NCBI GenBank assembly: GCA_965206645.1
Contig: CBDBKE010000004.1
Coordinates: 1,408,001-1,472,000 of the forward strand
Source: Terriglobia bacterium
GTDB lineage: Bacteria; Acidobacteriota; Terriglobia; JAJPHL01; JAPKYU01
DNA: 64,000 bases
Reading direction: 5' to 3'
Part shown: in pieces, positions 57,754-64,000 of the stretch
How the letters are laid out: each line of letters starts with the position of its first letter
How positions within the stretch are numbered: position 1 is the first letter of the stretch
Made by a program: the position numbers and the translations under genes
The notes under the pieces: model-generated
What the model was told of the DNA's origin: nothing
What the model saw: the letters and a program-made list of their open reading frames with translations, nothing else
Databases searched by the model: none

Positions 57754-60198
57754 TTACTTGTGCCGGGTGAACGCGAGCGCCATCAACGCCGCTTGTTCCC
57801 GGGCGTGCGCCTTCACCGAGCCGGTGGCAGGACTGGCGCTAGCCGAGCGCTTGACCGACCGAACGTGCCGCCTGCCCGCCAGTTCCTCCAGGCGCGGTTG
57901 CACGAACCACAGCGCCCCCATGTTGGCCGGCTCTTCCTGCACCCAGACGATCTCCCGGGCACGGCCATGTCGCTTCAGCTCCTGAGTCAGCTCCTGCTCA
58001 GGAAACGGGTACAACTGTTCGAGCAATACCACGGCGGTCGAGGCATCGGCACGGCGCTGCCGTTCGGCGCGCAGCTCATGTCCGACCTTGCCCGAGCAGA
58101 GCACAATCCGCGTGGCAGAGACGGCGGTGGAGTCCGGCAGCACAGGCTGGAAACGGCCGCCGGCCAGATCTTCCAGCGGCGAACAGGCCCGGGGATGGCG
58201 CAACAGGCTCTTGGGCGTCAGCGCTACCAGGGGCTTGCGCCAGCGCCGCAGGGCCTGCCGCCGCAGTAGGTGAAAATACTGTGCCGCAGTCGAGGGCTGG
58301 CACACTTGCAGATTGTCCTCGGCTGCCAGTTGCAGGAAGCGCTCCAGACGGGCGCTGGAGTGCTCGGGGCCCTGCCCTTCGTAGCCGTGTGGCAACAGCA
58401 CCACCAGACCCGAAAGTAGCCCCCACTTGTCCTCGGTGGCGCTGACAAACTGGTCCATGATGACCTGCGCGCCATTGGCGAAGTCCCCGAATTGGGCCTC
58501 CCAGAGCACCAGGGCTTCGGGATAATCGCGGCTGAAGCCGTACTCAAAACCCAGCGGCGCTGCCTCCGAGAGCGGGCTGTCGTAGATCGCAAAGGCCCCC
58601 TGCTGCGGATGAAGATGCCGGAGCGGGGTGTATTCCTCTTCCGTCTCGATGTCGATCAGTACGGCGTGGCGATGGTCAAATGTGCCACGCCGGCTATCTT
58701 GCCCGCTCAGGCGTACCTGGATGCCCTCCCATAGCAGGGAGCCGAAGGCCAGGGCCTCCGCCATACCCCAATCCACGGACCGCTGCCCGCTCCCCATTTG
58801 GCGGCGCTGCTCCAGGCCGCGCTTCACCTTCGGATGAAGATGGAAGCTCTCCGGAGGGGTCGTGATGCGCTCGGAAATCTCCCTCAGCCGTTGCCGCGCA
58901 ACTGCAGTGTCCACTTCCCGGGACGGGTCGTAGGGACCGCCTTTGAACTTCAACCAGTACTCCGCGGGATGCCACAGGCGGGGGGTCTTGCGCATGGCTC
59001 TCGCCTCGTCCATCTCCTGGTGTAGGTGATCCCGGACGCGCTCGGTGAGCCGCTCGGTGCTTCGGGCATCGGCACCGATCGCTTCCGCATACGACTTCCA
59101 CAGGGACGGGAGGGTGCGAAGCTTTTTGTAAAGACGGGGCTGTGTGGTGGTCGGATCGTCCACCTCGCTGTGGCCGTGCAGGCGATAGCCGATCAGGTCA
59201 ATCACCACGTCGGTCCTGAACGAATAGCGGTAGTCCACCGCCAGGCGCGCCACCCGCACCACCGCCTCCGGATCGGTGCCGTTGACGTGGAAGATGGGAA
59301 CCGAGAGGCGCTTGGCAAGATCCGAGGCGTAGCGCGAGGAGTGCAGGGCCGCCGGCAGCGTGGTGAAGCCGACAAGGTTATTCACGATGACGTGGACGGT
59401 GCCGCCAACCGTGAATCCGTCCAGCTCGGCCAGGTTCAGGGTCTCAGCCACGATTCCCTGCCCGGCGAAGGCTGCATCCCCGTGAACCGTCATCGGCAGG
59501 ACCTTGGCAGGACCGCTCTCCCCCAAGCGCTCCTGCTTGGCGCGCGCCCGCCCCATCACGACCGGATCCACCGCTTCCAAGTGACTGGAATTCGAAACCA
59601 GATGGATACTGATGGGCTGCCCTTTCCGGCTGCTGAACACTCCCGTCGCCCCAATGTGGTATTTGACGTCCCCACCTCCTAGCACGCTCCGAGGGTCCAC
59701 GTCCTCGAATCTGGCAAAGACCTCAGCGCCGCGCTTGCCCACAATGTGGTACATGGCGTTCAAGCGGCCACGGTGACTCATGGCCATCACCGCCTGTTCG
59801 GCGCCCTGCTCGGCCGAGCGATCGAGAACCGCATCGAGCAGCGGGATCAGGGCCGTCGAACCCTCCAGAGAATAGCGTTTGGCCCCGATGTAGCGGGTCT
59901 GGAAGACGCGCTCCAAAGTGTCGGCGCTGATCAGCAGCTCCAGGATGCGGCTGCGGTCCAGGCCATTGGGCGGGCCGGTTTCCATGCGCTGCTGGATCCA
60001 CCGGCAGCGGTCCGGATCGGGCATGTGCATGAACTCCACGCCGATCGAGCCACAATACACAGCCCGCGCCCGCTCGGCTGCCTCTCCACTCACGTCCAGC
60101 TCAGGATGAGGCTGCGGCCTCAGGCGATCCAGAGGATCTAGGTTCGCCTGGAGGTGCCCCCACCTGCGGAAAGCATCCAGAATGCGTTCCTCGCTCAT
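57754..60198 (-). CDS. sucA: 2-oxoglutarate dehydrogenase E1 (short N-terminus)
   Basis: YCGSIGVEFMH, KRYSLEG, GDVKYH, HGDAAFAGQG, SGQDSRRGTF, WEAQFGDFANGAQ, GPEHSSAR. Confidence 0.93.
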   Translation of the reverse strand: MSEERILDAFRRWGHLQANLDPLDRLRPQPHPELDVSGEAAERARAVYCGSIGVEFMHMPDPDRCRWIQQRMETGPPNGLDRSRILELLISADTLERVFQTRYIGAKRYSLEGSTALIPLLDAVLDRSAEQGAEQAVMAMSHRGRLNAMYHIVGKRGAEVFARFEDVDPRSVLGGGDVKYHIGATGVFSSRKGQPISIHLVSNSSHLEAVDPVVMGRARAKQERLGESGPAKVLPMTVHGDAAFAGQGIVAETLNLAELDGFTVGGTVHVIVNNLVGFTTLPAALHSSRYASDLAKRLSVPIFHVNGTDPEAVVRVARLAVDYRYSFRTDVVIDLIGYRLHGHSEVDDPTTTQPRLYKKLRTLPSLWKSYAEAIGADARSTERLTERVRDHLHQEMDEARAMRKTPRLWHPAEYWLKFKGGPYDPSREVDTAVARQRLREISERITTPPESFHLHPKVKRGLEQRRQMGSGQRSVDWGMAEALAFGSLLWEGIQVRLSGQDSRRGTFDHRHAVLIDIETEEEYTPLRHLHPQQGAFAIYDSPLSEAAPLGFEYGFSRDYPEALVLWEAQFGDFANGAQVIMDQFVSATEDKWGLLSGLVVLLPHGYEGQGPEHSSARLERFLQLAAEDNLQVCQPSTAAQYFHLLRRQALRRWRKPLVALTPKSLLRHPRACSPLEDLAGGRFQPVLPDSTAVSATRIVLCSGKVGHELRAERQRRADASTAVVLLEQLYPFPEQELTQELKRHGRAREIVWVQEEPANMGALWFVQPRLEELAGRRHVRSVKRSASASPATGSVKAHAREQAALMALAFTRHK

Positions 60199-60327
60199 AT
60201 CCCGATAGTATCCCCTCCAGGACATTCGGAATGGAATCGTCTGCGTTAGCAGGAATGCCTTTAGGCGAAGCACCTGTGTGCTAGCTTATAGGTGGGACTT
60301 TAGTCTGGCCAAAGGAGGCTGGAGCTG

Positions 60328-60777
60328 ATGAGCTGGATGGTGTACGTTGCGGGGACGGTGCTCTGTTGGGGCCTCTACGGGCTGGTGCTGCATCGGGGGC
60401 AGGTGCAGCTTGGCAATCCGCTGCGCGCGCTGCTCTGCGTGGGGATGGCGTACTTCCTGATCGGCGTGCTGGTGCCGGTCACCGCCCTGTGGCTTCAGGG
60501 AGATTTGAAGGGCTTTAACCAAGCGGGGACTGCGGCGGCCACGCTGGCCGGCGCACTGGGCGCTGCCGGCGCCATCGGCATCATCTGGGCTTTTCGGGCG
60601 GGAGGCCTTCCAACTTACGTGATGCCCCTGGTCTTCGGCGGCGCTCCGTTAGTAAATGTGGCCTTCGCGCTCTGGCTCCATCCACCGCGCGCCACGCTCA
60701 GCCCGATGCTCTACGTCGGCTTCCTCCTGACCGCAGTCGGCGCCGGCCTGGTCCTCTATTACAAGCCAGCGTCCTGA
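60328..60777 (+). CDS. Small integral membrane protein (5 TM, DMT-like)
   Basis: GGAGG RBS; hydrophobic helices, CWGLYG, VMPLVFGGAP. Confidence 0.75.
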   Translation: MSWMVYVAGTVLCWGLYGLVLHRGQVQLGNPLRALLCVGMAYFLIGVLVPVTALWLQGDLKGFNQAGTAAATLAGALGAAGAIGIIWAFRAGGLPTYVMPLVFGGAPLVNVAFALWLHPPRATLSPMLYVGFLLTAVGAGLVLYYKPAS

Positions 60778-60819
60778 GATGGCATCCGGCAGCCGCGGAG
60801 AAAAAATGGGACGACTATC

Positions 60820-63366
60820 ATGAAAGCAATCAAGCTGTACCCGGCCGTGGTCGTGCTGGGCATTGCTTTCCTGTTGATCGAGTCCGTCTTCTGGGCAAGC
60901 GAGCAGAAGCAGCCCCTGGAAGTTGCCGTGCGGATGATTCTGCTGCGCACCTCCGAAGAGGCGCGGCAGGTTCTGGCGAACCTCCAGCGCGGGGAGGACT
61001 TTGCCGAGCTGGCGAAAAAGCACTCGATCGATTCCACCGGGCCGGCGGGCGGCTATCTAGGCAAAGTGAAGCTGTCGGATTTACGCCCCGAAATTCAGGA
61101 GGCCTTGAAGGGGCTGGCTGCAGGACAGGTGTCCGGGGTTGTCGAAACGTCGGGCGGCTACATGATCCTGAAGGTGCTTGAGGAAACGGAGAGAGCCGAA
61201 ATCGAGAGCGCGCAACGCGCCCCGGAGTCCCGACTGACCACCGACATCTCGGGAGGTGGAGTCGTGAAGGACCTGTTTGACCGCACCCAGAAGCCAGTCG
61301 GCTGGGAACAGGATTTGCCAACCATCTGCGCGGTTAAGCGCATGGCGGTTCGCAACGGATTGATACAATCGAAAGACAACAACACCCTGGCTCAGCTTTG
61401 CGTCTACCAGGGGGAATTAGGTCGGGCGGTCAAGTATTTCCAAGCGGTGTATGAACATGCTGTCGCCCGCGGCGACAAGCAGGTGCTGCTGGAATTGGAG
61501 GAGGTGCTGGGGATTGCTCACATGCGCCTGGCAGAGGTTGAGAACCGTGTGCCCAGCGCACGCGTCAAGACCTGCATGTTTCCGATGCTTGGCGGGGCGC
61601 AGCCGGAGCAGATGGCCAATTGGGAGGCCGCCATCCGGCATTTTCTCAAGTTCCTGGAGCAGCAGCCGGAAGACCTGGAGGTGAGGTGGTTGCTGAACCT
61701 TGCCTCCATGGCCGTGGGCAGGTACCCCGACGCTGTTCCCAAGCAATACCGGATTTCTCTTGCGCCCTTTGAGTCCAAGGAAGACGTGGGCCGCTTTGTT
61801 GACGTGGCCCCTTTGGTAGGAGCCGACACCTTCAACACGGCCGGCGGAGCGATTGTGGATGACCTGGACAATGACGGACTGCTGGACATTGTGACCAGCG
61901 CACTGGACCCTTGCGCGCCGATGCGCTACTTACATAACAGCGGGACGGGAGCCTTCACCGACCGAACCGCGCAGGCCGGGCTGATCAATCAGCTTGGCGG
62001 GCTGAACATGGTCCCGGCCGACTACAACAATGACGGCTGCCTGGATATTCTGGTGCTCCGTGGCGCATGGGAACTCCCCATGCGCAACTCGCTGCTGCGC
62101 AACAACTGCGACGGAACCTTCACCGACGTGACCCGCCCGAGTGGGGTGGCAGTGCCCGCCACCTCCACGCAAACCGCTGCCTGGGCCGACATTGATCTGG
62201 ACGGCAACCTGGACCTGTTCGTGGGCAACGAGCACTCGCCCAGCCAGTTGTTCCTCAACCAGGGCGACGGGACCTTCGTGGACATTGCGCCCGCCGCCGG
62301 CGTGGACCGGGTCATATTCACCAAAGCCGTCGCTGCGGGCGACTACGACAACGACGGCTACCCGGACTTCTACGTCTCAAATGGATTTGCAGAGAACTTC
62401 CTCTACCACAACAACCGGGATTTAACGTTCACCGACATGGCCAAACCTTTGGGAGTGCAACGACCCATTGGCAGCTTTCCGGCCTGGTTCTTCGACTATG
62501 ACAACGATGGCTGGCTGGACCTGTTCGTTTCCAGTCACTTGGGCTCGGTCGCGGGGGTCATCCGCAGCTACTTGCAATTGCCGGTTAATGCTGAGACCCC
62601 CAAGCTGTACAGGAACATAGGGTCGGGCTTCCAGGATGTGGCCAAGGAGGTTCGGTTGGACCGGATCTTCATGCCTATGGGGGTCAATTTCGGCGACCTG
62701 GACAATGACGGATTTCTCGATTTCTACCTGGGGACCGGCAGTCCTTCTTACGCAGGGCTAGTTCCAAACGTGTTGTTTAGGAATCACGACGGGAAGTATT
62801 TCGTGGATGTCACCGCTTCCTCAGGGACCGGCTGTCTTCATAAGGGCCACGGGGTGGCCTTCGCCGACATCGACAACGACGGCGATGAAGACATTTTTAT
62901 TCAGATGGGCGGCATGATGCCGGGCGACAGGCACGCGAACTTACTCTTCAGAAACCCCGGGCACGGCAACAACTGGATCCGTCTGCGGCTGGTGGGCGTG
63001 AAGACGAACCGCGGGGCCATCGGGACCCGCATCAAGCTTGGCGTGCAGACGCCCGAGGGTGGGCGCCGCTTCATTCACCGCCTCGTCGGCAGCGGCGGAT
63101 CGTTTGGCGCCTCCCCGCTGGAGCAGCACATCGGGCTGGGCAAGGCGGCCAGCATCGAAACCCTGGAAATCTGGTGGCCCACCAGCGACACGCGGCAGGT
63201 GTTCCACAACGTCGAGGCAAACCAGTTCCTGGAAATCAAGGAGTCGGAGAAAACATTCACGGCAGTCGAGCGGCTCTCCTTCTCATTGGGAGAAGAGAGC
63301 CGGAGGCACCCCACACGGCGCGAACCCCTACTGTCTCCGTCCCCGAGAGTCGAACAAAAACCCTGA
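60820..63366 (+). CDS. Secreted PpiC(parvulin)-helical-FG-GAP/CRTAC1-ASPIC fusion protein
   Basis: GEDFAELAKKHS..GGYLG rotamase region; repeated D-x-D-N-D-G-x-x-D motifs; NRGAIG...HIGLG..IWWP C-terminus. Confidence 0.82.
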   Translation: MKAIKLYPAVVVLGIAFLLIESVFWASEQKQPLEVAVRMILLRTSEEARQVLANLQRGEDFAELAKKHSIDSTGPAGGYLGKVKLSDLRPEIQEALKGLAAGQVSGVVETSGGYMILKVLEETERAEIESAQRAPESRLTTDISGGGVVKDLFDRTQKPVGWEQDLPTICAVKRMAVRNGLIQSKDNNTLAQLCVYQGELGRAVKYFQAVYEHAVARGDKQVLLELEEVLGIAHMRLAEVENRVPSARVKTCMFPMLGGAQPEQMANWEAAIRHFLKFLEQQPEDLEVRWLLNLASMAVGRYPDAVPKQYRISLAPFESKEDVGRFVDVAPLVGADTFNTAGGAIVDDLDNDGLLDIVTSALDPCAPMRYLHNSGTGAFTDRTAQAGLINQLGGLNMVPADYNNDGCLDILVLRGAWELPMRNSLLRNNCDGTFTDVTRPSGVAVPATSTQTAAWADIDLDGNLDLFVGNEHSPSQLFLNQGDGTFVDIAPAAGVDRVIFTKAVAAGDYDNDGYPDFYVSNGFAENFLYHNNRDLTFTDMAKPLGVQRPIGSFPAWFFDYDNDGWLDLFVSSHLGSVAGVIRSYLQLPVNAETPKLYRNIGSGFQDVAKEVRLDRIFMPMGVNFGDLDNDGFLDFYLGTGSPSYAGLVPNVLFRNHDGKYFVDVTASSGTGCLHKGHGVAFADIDNDGDEDIFIQMGGMMPGDRHANLLFRNPGHGNNWIRLRLVGVKTNRGAIGTRIKLGVQTPEGGRRFIHRLVGSGGSFGASPLEQHIGLGKAASIETLEIWWPTSDTRQVFHNVEANQFLEIKESEKTFTAVERLSFSLGEESRRHPTRREPLLSPSPRVEQKP

Positions 63367-63558
63367 ATAACGACTTTTCCATGTAGCGGGTGCGGAGCCA
63401 AACAGGCTATCTCGGCGAGCCCTCGGGGTCTCAGCGGTCGGTTTTGAAACAGCTTAACAGCTTCTAGGGCATAGATTGCGGGTAAACAGCCGACGCGACC
63501 AGCTCGTCTTAAGCTACGGACAGAGAGGGATGGGTCTGTCTGCACTTGCTTGAGCTAA

Positions 63559-64000
63559 ATGGCTGAGTTTATTACCAGATACGCGAACGAGCGGGGCAAG
63601 GTGCTGGAGCAGATGGAGCGCGCTGACTCTGAGGAGGACGTGCGGTCGCGCTACGCCCAGCAGGGATTTTACGTCTTCTCGGTGCGACCGCGTGGAGCCT
63701 TTGTCCTAAGGAAGGCGAAGCGGGCTCCTGCGGCGCGGGCCGGTGCCAAGCTGGAGCCGTTCCTGATCTTCAACCAACAGTTTGTCACGCTGATCCGCGC
63801 CGGGTTGCCTGTGTTGAAGGCGCTGGACTTGCTGTCGGGCCGCATTGGCTACGCTCCCCTGCGCGAGCGGATCCGGGACGTACGCGAGCGCGTCCGCGGT
63901 GGCGCCCTGCTCTCGGAGGCGTTCAAAGCCCAGGGAATTTTCCCTAAGATCTACGTCACCTCGCTGCTGGCCGGAGAAAAAGCGGGCAGCCTGGAGGAGG
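63559..64000 (+). CDS. Type II secretion system F / PilC family protein, partial
   Basis: Manual translation MAEFITRYANERG...FLIFNQQFVTLIRAGLPVLKALDLL...VRGGALLSEAF...AGEKAGSLEE; the frame runs off the window. Confidence 0.88.
   Translation, partial: MAEFITRYANERGKVLEQMERADSEEDVRSRYAQQGFYVFSVRPRGAFVLRKAKRAPAARAGAKLEPFLIFNQQFVTLIRAGLPVLKALDLLSGRIGYAPLRERIRDVRERVRGGALLSEAFKAQGIFPKIYVTSLLAGEKAGSLEE

Noticed and set aside
63400-63550. Possible c-di-GMP riboswitch upstream of pilC
   Set aside because: Fragments (GGTAAAC, GACGC, AAGCTAC) are present, but the P1/P2 stems and GNRA loop could not be built.

Overview
GC-rich bacterial chromosomal window with mostly housekeeping and metabolic genes. 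Gene content and protein style suggest Acidobacteriota (inference). The left end carries two head-to-head genes that both read through an in-frame UGA followed by a SECIS-like hairpin. One is a peroxiredoxin-like (AhpC/TSA) protein with a UxxC motif that the ORF track misses. The other is a selenocysteine formate dehydrogenase whose alpha subunit is split, with its N-terminal Fe-S half placed downstream of a NuoE-NuoF fusion. The window also holds lysS, lolE/lolD-like genes, clpC, rlmN, hemE/hemH, msrA, pyrR-pyrB-pyrC and pyrD, infA, tkt and a nadA-nrtR-pncB operon with a clear NrtR box. Further right lie a radical SAM gene divergent from a tandem duplication of (diheme cytochrome c + PQQ-type dehydrogenase), a doubly frameshifted MBL-hydrolase-PilZ fusion, sucA-acoXABC, a PpiC/FG-GAP fusion and the start of pilC/gspF. 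Short tandem micro-duplications are strikingly frequent at gene boundaries. I saw no tRNA, rRNA, CRISPR array, integrase or transposase. All family assignments come from motif recognition by eye, not database searches.
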